Of a stretch of DNA of 61,002 nt, positions 47,376-55,745 are shown one piece after another. How positions within the stretch are numbered: position 1 is the stretch's first letter; each line of letters starts with the position of its first letter. A program made the position numbers and the translations under genes. The notes beneath the pieces are model-generated. The model had not been told where the DNA came from, did no database searches, and worked only from the letters and a program-made list of their open reading frames with translations. Where the stretch lies: IMG/VR virus record IMGVR_UViG_3300010396_000049, positions 1-61,002 of that record; one strand, written 5' to 3'. The DNA comes from a virus (Duplodnaviria > Caudoviricetes).

Positions 47376-47691
47376 GCAATTACTTAAACCGTTTGGCGAT
47401 AATTCGTTGAACGGTTTTTTATTTTGCAATATTAAACCAAAATTTTAGGTTTAAATTAATGGGAAGGCCTTAAACCCTACCAACCAAAACTAAATTCTTT
47501 TTCACTGAAACCAATGAAGAAAATATCAACAAAAAAAGGATAACTTTTTCTAGGTATTATCTACAATCAAAAATATCCCACCACAGCCAGCTTTTTGCAA
47601 CTTTACATGCCTCCCACTCATAACTCATAACTCATCACTCATAACTCAAAACTCATCACTCATAACTCATAACTCCTAACTCATAAAAGGC

Positions 47692-47727
47692 TGTCCTTTT
47701 ACTCTCCGCCCCCATTTCCCATTTTTG
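47692..47727 (+). promoter_or_regulatory. Late-promoter motif upstream of lysis operon
   Basis: TGTCCTTTT ... CATTTTTG at +28. Confidence 0.75.
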
Positions 47728-47753
47728 TTCTAAACAACCAATGAAAGAACCGA

Positions 47754-48068
47754 ATGCTCAAGCCAATCTTAAAATACATCGGGCAGCTAAAAACTGCCGA
47801 ACAAAGATTATTGGTCATTCTCCTTTTATCAGCGGTCATAGTTCTTTTTTCCTTGCTGCTGTCAGCTAACAAAAGCGCCGCTTACGAAGACAAGCGCCAG
47901 ATAGAAATATTGCAGCATACGCTTGATTCGACCAGCCGTGCCGACCGCAAAGAGTTAGATGCCTGCAAGGATCAAAACTTTCGCGACAAATTAGACCGTA
48001 TAGCAGAGCTTGAAAAATATGCGCATCAGCAAGATTCTTTAATCGAACAATTAAGAAAAATAAAATGA
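47754..48068 (+). CDS. Membrane-anchored coiled-coil protein (lysis module)
   Basis: One TM segment followed by coiled coil. Confidence 0.6.
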   Translation: MLKPILKYIGQLKTAEQRLLVILLLSAVIVLFSLLLSANKSAAYEDKRQIEILQHTLDSTSRADRKELDACKDQNFRDKLDRIAELEKYAHQQDSLIEQLRKIK

Positions 48069-48490
48069 AAAACCTCTTTATAATATTAATCCTGTCCGTT
48101 TTCATCTTTTGGCCTCAGGTGCAGGGCCCCGCGCAGCCTACTTCCCCCACTTCTTCAGGAGACGGGATGAAGCTGGCTCGTTCGAAGGATTCCATTGCTC
48201 ATCTCAATAAAAAAATAGAATCAAAATTTGACAGCATCACTTCAGAGATCAACCGCATTAAGAACCGGCCTGCCCGATATATAACGCGCACGCACATACG
48301 CAAAGTGAACCATTACCGCATAGACACGGTGCTTGTATTTATTGATACCTGCTTTAACCAGCCACAGATAGATACAGCTTATTTAATGCCTGAAATAAAA
48401 CCGGAACCCCCGAAAAGAACCTGGTTAAAAAGGCTTTTACACCACAAAAAAAAACCACGCGAAAATTATTTAAAAATAGTTGAGCAATAA
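48065..48490 (+). CDS. Signal-anchored hypothetical protein (lysis module)
   Basis: N-terminal hydrophobic segment. Confidence 0.6.
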   Translation: MKNLFIILILSVFIFWPQVQGPAQPTSPTSSGDGMKLARSKDSIAHLNKKIESKFDSITSEINRIKNRPARYITRTHIRKVNHYRIDTVLVFIDTCFNQPQIDTAYLMPEIKPEPPKRTWLKRLLHHKKKPRENYLKIVEQ

Positions 48491-48571
48491 CTCATCACTC
48501 ATCACTCATCACTCATAACTCATAACCCATAACTCATACCTCCTAACTCATCACTCCTAACTCCAAAAAAA

Positions 48572-48814
48572 ATGCTTAAAGAATTAAAAGAAAGATACCA
48601 CGCGGAAACGCCGGTCTGGTTTAAAAAAATACGGAGAGCCAGCCTCGCTTTATCAGGGCTTGGCGTCTCTTTGTTAACCCTCAGCGCCACGGTAAACAGT
48701 TTCGTTTTGCCTGACTTTTTACATACGCTTTGCACCTGGTTTGTAATTGCCGGCACAAGCGTCGCAGCCGTCAGCACCACCGCAAAAAAAGATCCTAATG
48801 AAAAAGATATTTAA
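48572..48814 (+). CDS. Holin-like protein
   Basis: 80 aa, two TM segments, ETPVWFKKI motif, next to endolysin. Confidence 0.65.
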   Translation: MLKELKERYHAETPVWFKKIRRASLALSGLGVSLLTLSATVNSFVLPDFLHTLCTWFVIAGTSVAAVSTTAKKDPNEKDI

Positions 48815-49352
48815 CCTTAGGCCTTCTGCCTTCTGCTTTCTGCTTTCAGCGTTTTGCCTGCTGCTTTTCACTTTATGTAGCTGCTCCTCGTCAAAAAAGG
48901 CAGTAAATATCAACAAGGCCCACACCGACAGCAGCGTCGTTGAGCACGCGCAAAAAAACTTTTCTTCTATCAAAGACAGCATCAGCACCAGGACAGCCAA
49001 TTTTAATTATAAAAAGGAAATAAAAAACACCATGCAGCCTGTTGTAATTGATAACGATGATTCTGTTCCCCCGGGCATTGTGGTTATTACCAATAAGAAA
49101 ACCGGGGGAAAAAAAATTTTTCTCCCGTCCAAAACGATTACCGAATGGGGCAATATTGCTGCCAGCGATCAGGTTCAACTGAGGCAAAAAGTAGATTCTT
49201 CAGTAAACCAACAAAAAAGCACAAATCTTATTTCCGAAAAAAAAACAATCGTAAAACAAAAGGAAAAATCAGGCCTCAGTTTTTTTAACCTGCTTTGGCT
49301 TCTCCTGCTAATACCCGCTTATATAATCTATAAAAAAATTAAGAACCTATGA
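48798..49352 (+). CDS. Lipoprotein with C-terminal TM helix (unimolecular-spanin topology)
   Basis: Lipobox-like LCSC, C-terminal FFNLLWLLLLIPAYII-KKIK. Confidence 0.65.
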   Translation: MKKIFNLRPSAFCFLLSAFCLLLFTLCSCSSSKKAVNINKAHTDSSVVEHAQKNFSSIKDSISTRTANFNYKKEIKNTMQPVVIDNDDSVPPGIVVITNKKTGGKKIFLPSKTITEWGNIAASDQVQLRQKVDSSVNQQKSTNLISEKKTIVKQKEKSGLSFFNLLWLLLLIPAYIIYKKIKNL

Positions 49353-49930
49353 CACCGCAACAGCAGCACCAGCAGCTTTTTGATACGCTTGAAATCCTTC
49401 CGCAAATAACAAAAGGAAATTCGATAATCATTAGCAACGTCCCGGCCATCATCGAAAGAAAAGTGGCAACTATGCGAAGCAACAAAAACCGCTACGAAGA
49501 AGTATCCCACCGCTTTGTCAATCCCGGGTTAAAATGGTGGCTCGTAGCGCTTATTCATGAAATGGAATGTACTCAGAATTTTAATTGTTACCTGGGCAAT
49601 GGCCAGCCTCTGAATAAAAAAACAACTATCGTTCCTGCAGGCCGCGGCCCATTTGCCACGTTCGCCGATGGTGCCGTAGACGCCTTAAAATTGCAACGCG
49701 CTGATCAGATAACAGACTGGAGCCTAGGCAACGTTCTGTATTTTCTCGAAGGATATAACGGTTATGGTTATTCTAAATATCACAATATTAATTCACCATA
49801 CCTGTGGAGCGGTTCTAATCACTATATTTCTGGCAAATATGTTTCTGATGGAAACTATGATCCTGATGCCGTCAGTTCCCAAATTGGCATTGCCCTTTTA
49901 ATGAAAAGTTTGCTACAACAAGGCGCATAA
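49349..49930 (+). CDS. Lysozyme-family endolysin (COG5526-like)
   Basis: IHEME, LGNGQPL, VPAGRGPF, LEGYNGYGY, SPYLWSG, GKYVSDG. Confidence 0.85.
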   Translation: MTPQQQHQQLFDTLEILPQITKGNSIIISNVPAIIERKVATMRSNKNRYEEVSHRFVNPGLKWWLVALIHEMECTQNFNCYLGNGQPLNKKTTIVPAGRGPFATFADGAVDALKLQRADQITDWSLGNVLYFLEGYNGYGYSKYHNINSPYLWSGSNHYISGKYVSDGNYDPDAVSSQIGIALLMKSLLQQGA

Positions 49931-49973
49931 TGAGATTATCATTAACCAAATAAAAACCCTATAAACTCATAAA

Positions 49974-50075
49974 ATGAAAAAAATTTTAGAAAACACATTA
50001 GCCTACATGACGCTTGCTTACCTGTTGGCTATAATTGCCGCAATAGTGTATTGTATTTCGCAGGCTAAATTGTAA
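49974..50075 (+). CDS. 33-aa hydrophobic peptide
   Basis: MKKILENTLAYMTLAYLLAIIAAIVYCISQAKL* (hand translation). Confidence 0.4.
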   Translation: MKKILENTLAYMTLAYLLAIIAAIVYCISQAKL

Positions 50076-50227
50076 AAGTTAGTTGGATTTTTCTTCGAAT
50101 ATACGGCGCTGTGTTTCCACACTGGCGCCTTCTCTTTTATCTATCCATGCTTTTATCAACTCATAACCCATAACCCATAACTCATAACTCAAAACTCCTA
50201 ACTCATAACTCCTAACTCATAAAAGGC

Positions 50228-50263
50228 TGTCCTTTTACTTCAAACCAAAATAAACCATTTTTA
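50228..50263 (+). promoter_or_regulatory. Late-promoter motif upstream of a short non-coding unit
   Basis: TGTCCTTTT ... CATTTTTA at +28. Confidence 0.7.
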
Positions 50264-50369
50264 TTCTATGAAACCTAATTTAAAATAACCCCAAAGCCAT
50301 TTCCTCCTTTTCACCTGGCTTTAATAAATGTTTTTCCCTATGAAAAACAGGTGACTCATCCACACCAAT

Positions 50370-50396
50370 CGCCCCGGTATCTACCGGGGCTTTTTT
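50370..50396 (+). terminator. Intrinsic terminator
   Basis: GCCCCGGTA-TC-TACCGGGGC followed by T6. Confidence 0.75.
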
Positions 50397-50442
50397 CCGG
50401 CCGGTACCGCAGGCCAGGCCGGTAAAAATAAAAACCACGCAA

Positions 50443-50604
50443 ATGAAATACCAAATTACTTTTTACTATCACAGCGACCCGCATAAACTAACCCATCTCA
50501 AAACCATCTCCGCAAAAAATTACGGCGATGCTTACAACAAATTCTTTGACGAAATAAAGGAGCAGGTATTTTTGTTGGAGATACATGAAGAAACAAATCT
50601 TTAA
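50443..50604 (+). CDS. 53-aa hypothetical protein
   Basis: MKYQITFYYHSD...ETNL* (hand translation). Confidence 0.45.
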   Translation: MKYQITFYYHSDPHKLTHLKTISAKNYGDAYNKFFDEIKEQVFLLEIHEETNL

Positions 50605-50682
50605 CTCATACCTCATACCTCATAACTCATAACTCATAACTCATAACTCATAACTCCTAACTCATAACTCCTAATTTCCCCC

Positions 50683-50718
50683 TGTCCTTTTGCCGCCACT
50701 CCGCTAACGCTACTTTAG
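50683..50718 (+). promoter_or_regulatory. Late-promoter motif upstream of tail-completion operon
   Basis: TGTCCTTTT ... TACTTTAG at +28. Confidence 0.75.
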
Positions 50719-50722
50719 CCCG

Positions 50723-51619
50723 GTGATACCAATTAATTTATACCAGCCCAGGCAACTCGACTTTACCGTCGAATTCCCAACCGCATGGAACGAGCTGGAA
50801 CAAAAAGAAATAATTTTTATCGCGAAATGTTTGCTCACCGAGCCGGATCCAGCAGCCGTGCGCGCGTTATTGCTAAAATTTATTATTGAAAACCGGGTAG
50901 CGGCCGGTACGCCTGGCGTCAGGCCGCGGTTAAAAGAAAGCCGTAACCCTGAGCTTCCCGAAGGCTGGTTTTTATATCTCGATCCGGAACAAATAGTCAT
51001 AGATTGCTACCCCCTGCTGGATTTTATTTTCAAAGAAAATAACCTCACCAATACGCCGGGCCCGCTGACCTTTAAAAAAGTAATTTATTACCCGCAACCC
51101 TTCACAAAAATCACCTGTGCCGAATACGAAGATTGCGAAGTAAAGGCTAATCAATTCAGTAGCAAAAAAGTTCCTGATAAAGATCTTCTTGCAGAAATTG
51201 CTGCCATATTATTTCGCCCTGCTTCAGGAGATGCCCGGGGTGAGGCTTGTGAACCGGAGCATTACACCCTTTTCAACTCCAGAACCAATTACTACTATAC
51301 CTATCAAAGCGGTAAAAAAGTAAAATATTTTAAAACACTTTCACTGGAAGAATTGTACGGAATATTTATTTGGTACGCCTGCAGCCGTGCACAATTGCCA
51401 CTCGATTTTCCTACAGTATATGAGGGCGGCAAAGAAGGAAGCGAACCCGATATCATGGCATTCACCAAATGCATCCATTCCGGGGCGGGCCCAAAAAATG
51501 GAACCAGGCAACAAATAAGAATTATGGAGCTCTATGAATTTATGCTCGACATGGAACAGGAAGCCATTCATGCAAAAGAAATGGAAGCTGAAATTGAAAG
51601 AATGAAAAATCAACCCTGA
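50723..51619 (+). CDS. Hypothetical protein (possible tail assembly chaperone)
   Basis: FPTAWNEL N-terminus, helical; inferred from context. Confidence 0.55.
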   Translation: MIPINLYQPRQLDFTVEFPTAWNELEQKEIIFIAKCLLTEPDPAAVRALLLKFIIENRVAAGTPGVRPRLKESRNPELPEGWFLYLDPEQIVIDCYPLLDFIFKENNLTNTPGPLTFKKVIYYPQPFTKITCAEYEDCEVKANQFSSKKVPDKDLLAEIAAILFRPASGDARGEACEPEHYTLFNSRTNYYYTYQSGKKVKYFKTLSLEELYGIFIWYACSRAQLPLDFPTVYEGGKEGSEPDIMAFTKCIHSGAGPKNGTRQQIRIMELYEFMLDMEQEAIHAKEMEAEIERMKNQP

Positions 51620-51927
51620 TGGCAAAATTTTATTTACTCGAAAAAGAAAAAGGGCATTACGTCTTTGATTGCCCCGGATGCGGTTACTCTCATTCCATTA
51701 CCACGTTGGCGCCCAACGAAAGCGGCGCTACCTGGAATTTTAATGGCAACCTGGAAAAGCCAACTGTTTCCCCTTCACTTTTAGTAAATAAAAATCATCC
51801 TGAAAGCCGTTGCCATTCAATAATCACCGACGGCAAAATAAAATTTTTAGATGATTGCTACCACCAATTAAAAGGCAAAACAGTAGAGCTGCCTCCCTGC
51901 GGTTGGGGCAAACAAACAGAAAATTAA
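51619..51927 (+). CDS. DUF6527-like protein
   Basis: FDCPGCGYSH, WNFNGNLEKPTVSPSLL, CHSIITDGKIKF..DC.H. Confidence 0.75.
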   Translation: MAKFYLLEKEKGHYVFDCPGCGYSHSITTLAPNESGATWNFNGNLEKPTVSPSLLVNKNHPESRCHSIITDGKIKFLDDCYHQLKGKTVELPPCGWGKQTEN

Positions 51928-51954
51928 ATTATAAACAATTAACAATTAACAATC

Positions 51955-52254
51955 ATGGGAAAATCAGCACAATTAAAAAAATTACGAAGGCTCGCCAGCC
52001 AGCTACCAGCCGTAGCCACAAATCAAAAAATGCATGTCCTTATCCAGGGGCACAATTTGCATATTGAAAAGGATAAAGATGGGAAAGCGATAGAGCCAGG
52101 CAAAATTTACAGCGTTGAAAAAACTTTACCGGTAAACCATCTGAAAAAAATGAAAGAGAATTATAATAAAGCCGGAATGGCCGGCGCTGCCCTCTATGCC
52201 CGCTCAGTGATAGAACACGTAAAGCAAAAGAATGCCATCACTCATCACTCATAA
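51955..52254 (+). CDS. Hypothetical protein
   Basis: ORF. Confidence 0.6.
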   Translation: MGKSAQLKKLRRLASQLPAVATNQKMHVLIQGHNLHIEKDKDGKAIEPGKIYSVEKTLPVNHLKKMKENYNKAGMAGAALYARSVIEHVKQKNAITHHS

Positions 52255-52293
52255 CTCATCACTCATAACTCCTCACTCCTAACTCAAAAAAAA

Positions 52294-52845
52294 ATGGTCC
52301 TCGATTATATAAATTACTTTAGAAGCCTCGCCATCGCCCACAAAGATTTGCAGCATAACCCGCTCAGCGAAACCGGCGATGGCCCTGTCGGCTCTATGCA
52401 TTTTACAAAAATCTCACCGGATCAGGTATTAAAAGCCTTGCGCACCGGCATTGGTTTTCCCTGCATGGCCATTGAATTGTACGATACTCAAATGGAAAGC
52501 CAGGTAGCGTCTGATATCAGGCCAAAAACATCCGGCGGCTTTATGATCATTGATAATCCGGCCTCACAATCTGCAGCAGATGAAGATGCTGTTTTCGTAA
52601 AAACTGAAAAGATTACCTACGATATTTTAAAACAAATTTACCAGGATGTTCTTGCGCCTGGTGCCGATGATGATTGCGCTGCGCCTTTCGCCTTTTTTGA
52701 TTTTGATAAGTTGAGCATCACACCCGTATTGCGCATATTTGGCGGCCAAAGCGGCTACCGCGTGTTATTTGATTTTGAACTGAAAAAAACTTTAAACATC
52801 ACCGTGCCCCCGGAAGCAGGCACTTTCTTAATGGATGAGTCATAA
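52294..52845 (+). CDS. Putative tail terminator-like protein
   Basis: Size and synteny only. Confidence 0.45.
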   Translation: MVLDYINYFRSLAIAHKDLQHNPLSETGDGPVGSMHFTKISPDQVLKALRTGIGFPCMAIELYDTQMESQVASDIRPKTSGGFMIIDNPASQSAADEDAVFVKTEKITYDILKQIYQDVLAPGADDDCAAPFAFFDFDKLSITPVLRIFGGQSGYRVLFDFELKKTLNITVPPEAGTFLMDES

Positions 52846-52890
52846 TTCACCATTCACCATTCACCATTCATCATTCATAATTAAAAAAGA

Positions 52891-53325
52891 ATGCCCGATA
52901 TCAAACTCACCTTCATTCAAAATTCCCTTCGCGAATTTATGCAGCGCGCAGAAGCCGCCATGATTTCAGCCGGGCACAAAGGGAAAATTGACATCAATTC
53001 TATTTCTTATAAAGTGTTGCAAAATGGTGGCGGCGCTTTAGGGCAATTATCATTTAATGATTACCTGCGTTTTGTAGATATGGGTGTTGGCCGTGGCCAT
53101 CCTCTTGGTGGCTTAAAAGCCACAACAGCCGCCCTGCAGGCGAGCAAAAAAGTAGGCCTTATCCAGGTAAAAGACAATGTTCGAAAATCCAAGAAAATTT
53201 ATTCAAAACCCGTTTATGGCGAGCTCGGCTTTTTATATGGCAAACTCCTTTATGGGTTTACAGAAGAAACCATCGCTGTATTAAAAGCAGAATTAGAAAA
53301 TAATGGTGCAACTACCAGTCCTTAG
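52891..53325 (+). CDS. Putative neck/tail completion protein
   Basis: FNDYLRFVDMGVGRG motif; synteny. Confidence 0.5.
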   Translation: MPDIKLTFIQNSLREFMQRAEAAMISAGHKGKIDINSISYKVLQNGGGALGQLSFNDYLRFVDMGVGRGHPLGGLKATTAALQASKKVGLIQVKDNVRKSKKIYSKPVYGELGFLYGKLLYGFTEETIAVLKAELENNGATTSP

Positions 53326-53857
53326 TGCTTTCCGATTGTGAGGCCATTGCCTTTTTCAAATCAGAAATAAGGGTATTCATATCGCTTTTAAAAATTTCGT
53401 AAACCTCTTCTGTTTGCTTTTTTGAAAGGTTTTTTCTAAATCCTTTCTCATCTTCAAACGGCACTGTCCTGTTAACCATACTGCTCACCAACGAAAACTG
53501 AAAATTATTAATTGTATATTTATAACGCCCATCCTTACACTGAATTAATATACTGAAGCTTATTCTTTTTGTAATGCCTGAACCGGCTAAACCTTTTGTT
53601 ACAATTTGCACATTGCCATTTCCAGCAACCGTTTTAGCAGCATCATCATTTAATTGAGTTACCGCCTTTCCTGATTTGAAAGCCGTAACAATAAAAAGTT
53701 TTGCATTGCTGTAGAGTTTAGAAGCGCTGGCAGAATCAACATTTACAACTTCAGAATACTCATATCTCCCCTCAGCATTCCTGGGAATAGAATCGCTTTG
53801 GGCTGTGGCTGAAAAAAAAGCCGCAACAGTAAACACACAAATAATCATTTTTTTCAT
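53312..53857 (-). CDS. DUF4468-like secreted protein (lysogenic operon)
   Basis: Signal peptide MKKMIICV...AQ; YSEVV, LYSNAK, IQCKDGRYKY. Confidence 0.75.
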   Translation of the reverse strand: MKKMIICVFTVAAFFSATAQSDSIPRNAEGRYEYSEVVNVDSASASKLYSNAKLFIVTAFKSGKAVTQLNDDAAKTVAGNGNVQIVTKGLAGSGITKRISFSILIQCKDGRYKYTINNFQFSLVSSMVNRTVPFEDEKGFRKNLSKKQTEEVYEIFKSDMNTLISDLKKAMASQSESTKDW

Positions 53858-53867
53858 TTTCGATAAT

Positions 53868-54581
53868 TTAGGTAAATGTAGTTTTCTTCTCCTCTCCTTC
53901 GGGGAGAGGGCCGGGGTGAGGTTCATTTGGTAAATTTAAATTATAATAAATAACAACGTCGGAATCAATAAACCCATCTATATCAGTTATTCTAAAAATA
54001 AATGCCTTATGGCTTTTATCAATAATTGATTTTACTTCATCTGTTTCATCTCGAGGCACATAACCAATCAGGCCAGATGGTGAGACTACTTTTATTGCGT
54101 TCGGATCGTATTTATTATGAGGTTCTTTTTTCAAAGTTACTTGGTCATATACAACGCAATCTTCGAGTTTTTTTTGATAAGATTTCACCTGTAATCCTTT
54201 TATTCCAAAATAATACTGATCTGAATATTGGCTAAGATTTTCCTTTTCCATTTGATATTCTTTGATATCAAATCCCCAGTAAATTGGCCTATAATATAGA
54301 AGGCTGCAATTAATCTTATCGTGGAATAGTTTATCAAGCTGCTCAGGAATTATAATTCCTTTTTGTTTGAGCTGATGATAAATCTGTCTAACAACATCAG
54401 AATCCCGGGATAAAATAAAACGGACTACATCCTTTGGATTTGCTGTTTCCGGGTTAGGAACTGACAATTCCACGCTCTGTGACTGTATGTTAGTAAAAGG
54501 GATCTTATTATTGTTCCCCCCGGAAGAATAAGCGATACATACAATAAGTACAATACAGGCAATTGCTATAAAAAATAACAT
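53868..54581 (-). CDS. Membrane-anchored HIRAN-domain protein
   Basis: N-terminal TM; LKKEPHNKYDPNAIKV...IGYVP. Confidence 0.8.
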   Translation of the reverse strand: MLFFIAIACIVLIVCIAYSSGGNNNKIPFTNIQSQSVELSVPNPETANPKDVVRFILSRDSDVVRQIYHQLKQKGIIIPEQLDKLFHDKINCSLLYYRPIYWGFDIKEYQMEKENLSQYSDQYYFGIKGLQVKSYQKKLEDCVVYDQVTLKKEPHNKYDPNAIKVVSPSGLIGYVPRDETDEVKSIIDKSHKAFIFRITDIDGFIDSDVVIYYNLNLPNEPHPGPLPEGEEKKTTFT

Positions 54582-54654
54582 TGCAATATTTTTTGTTAAT
54601 GAAAATTCGTCTAACCATCATCGTTATGTGCAATCAAATCAAAATTCCTCCAAA

Positions 54655-54987
54655 CTATCCTAAGGCTTTTTTTCGGCTGGTACCTTCAGGCCCTGGCTCT
54701 TTTGATTGTAATTCCTTTATTTTTTGGTCTCTTTCTTTTAAAGTTTGCTCCAAAAGTTCAATATATTTCGTTTTATAGTCAGCCTGGCTCTCTTCCAAAA
54801 TTGGAAAGTTTTCCACATTTCCTGACAAAAACCTTTCTATTTTTTGCTGGTCCTCATACAAACTGGGGCGCGTTCCTTTCTCCCATTTATAGATACGGTC
54901 CTTAGGCACAGCAAGCATTTTAGCCAATTTAGGCACTGACAATCCCAGCTCTTTTCGCCTGGCTTTTATTAATTCTCCTTTGTCCAT
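54655..54987 (-). CDS. CI-like XRE repressor
   Basis: IKARRKELGLSVPKLAKML..PKDRIYKWEKG; divergent from cro-like gene; no S24 peptidase domain visible. Confidence 0.8.
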   Translation of the reverse strand: MDKGELIKARRKELGLSVPKLAKMLAVPKDRIYKWEKGTRPSLYEDQQKIERFLSGNVENFPILEESQADYKTKYIELLEQTLKERDQKIKELQSKEPGPEGTSRKKALG

Positions 54988-55021
54988 CTAAAAAAAATTT
55001 TATCACTTTCTTAAAATCCAT

Positions 55022-55059
55022 TTGGAAAGTTGGAAAGGTTTCCATTATATTTGTGGAAA
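55022..55059. promoter_or_regulatory. Operator palindrome(s) and rightward -7 promoter of the immunity switch
   Basis: TGGAAAGGTTTCCA (55031-55044) next to TATATTTG; second copy TGGAAAGTTTTCCA at 54802-54815. Confidence 0.7.
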
Positions 55060-55103
55060 CAATAAGATAAACATAAAATATTTTAAGGTCAAATACAAGA
55101 AAA

Positions 55104-55334
55104 ATGGAAAATCAATTATCACAGCGCGAAAGAGTTAGGCAGGAATTGATGCAGATCAGCGACAATGTAACTGATGAAGATAAGCGTCAATTTATTGATA
55201 TACATCATTTGACACCAACAACAATTTCCGCGTACCTCAAAGGAGATCAAAGCAGGTTGGAAACCGGTCTAAAAATGCTTTTATTTTTTCGCCAAAGAAT
55301 CCAGGAAAGGGAAAAATTAATTAACGCTGAATAA
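55104..55334 (+). CDS. Cro-like protein
   Basis: LTPTTISAYLKG HTH; first gene of the rightward operon. Confidence 0.6.
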   Translation: MENQLSQRERVRQELMQISDNVTDEDKRQFIDIHHLTPTTISAYLKGDQSRLETGLKMLLFFRQRIQEREKLINAE

Positions 55335-55354
55335 ATGTAAAAAATCTAACTGCT

Positions 55355-55729
55355 ATGGTCCAATTAGACATATATCATAATTACAACGGCAAATTATTCT
55401 GTGATTATTTCAGTTTCCTAACCATTTATACGCCCATGTATTTTGAAAACCAGGAAGTAGAAGTAATTCATCGTGGCATTAACATGGGTGTTGCAAACAT
55501 AGTCAGCATCAAGGTTTTTCCATTCCACGAGCTCCGCGATTCTGTCTCTTACCTCAACATGGGAAAAGCGGCGCAATACCAGGCTGCGGCATTGAACAAG
55601 CAACACAATTATGGAAATACAATTGAACGCAACGAAAGCATAATGCACCTGATCGTGGGGTATGCAAAAAGAAACATGGAAGCGCAAAATGATTTAATGA
55701 AAGATTGGTGGGCAACTCATAACTCATAA
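55355..55729 (+). CDS. Hypothetical protein
   Basis: ORF in early operon. Confidence 0.6.
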   Translation: MVQLDIYHNYNGKLFCDYFSFLTIYTPMYFENQEVEVIHRGINMGVANIVSIKVFPFHELRDSVSYLNMGKAAQYQAAALNKQHNYGNTIERNESIMHLIVGYAKRNMEAQNDLMKDWWATHNS

Positions 55730-55745
55730 CTCATAACTCAGCCTC

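Larger units (their letters stand above)
41952..52880 (+). repeat. Dispersed (T)AACTCA-type heptamer arrays at gene boundaries
   Basis: Arrays at ~41952, 43011, 46644, 47615, 48488, 50158, 50602, 52237, 52843 (CATTCAC variant); also 55713. Confidence 0.9.
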
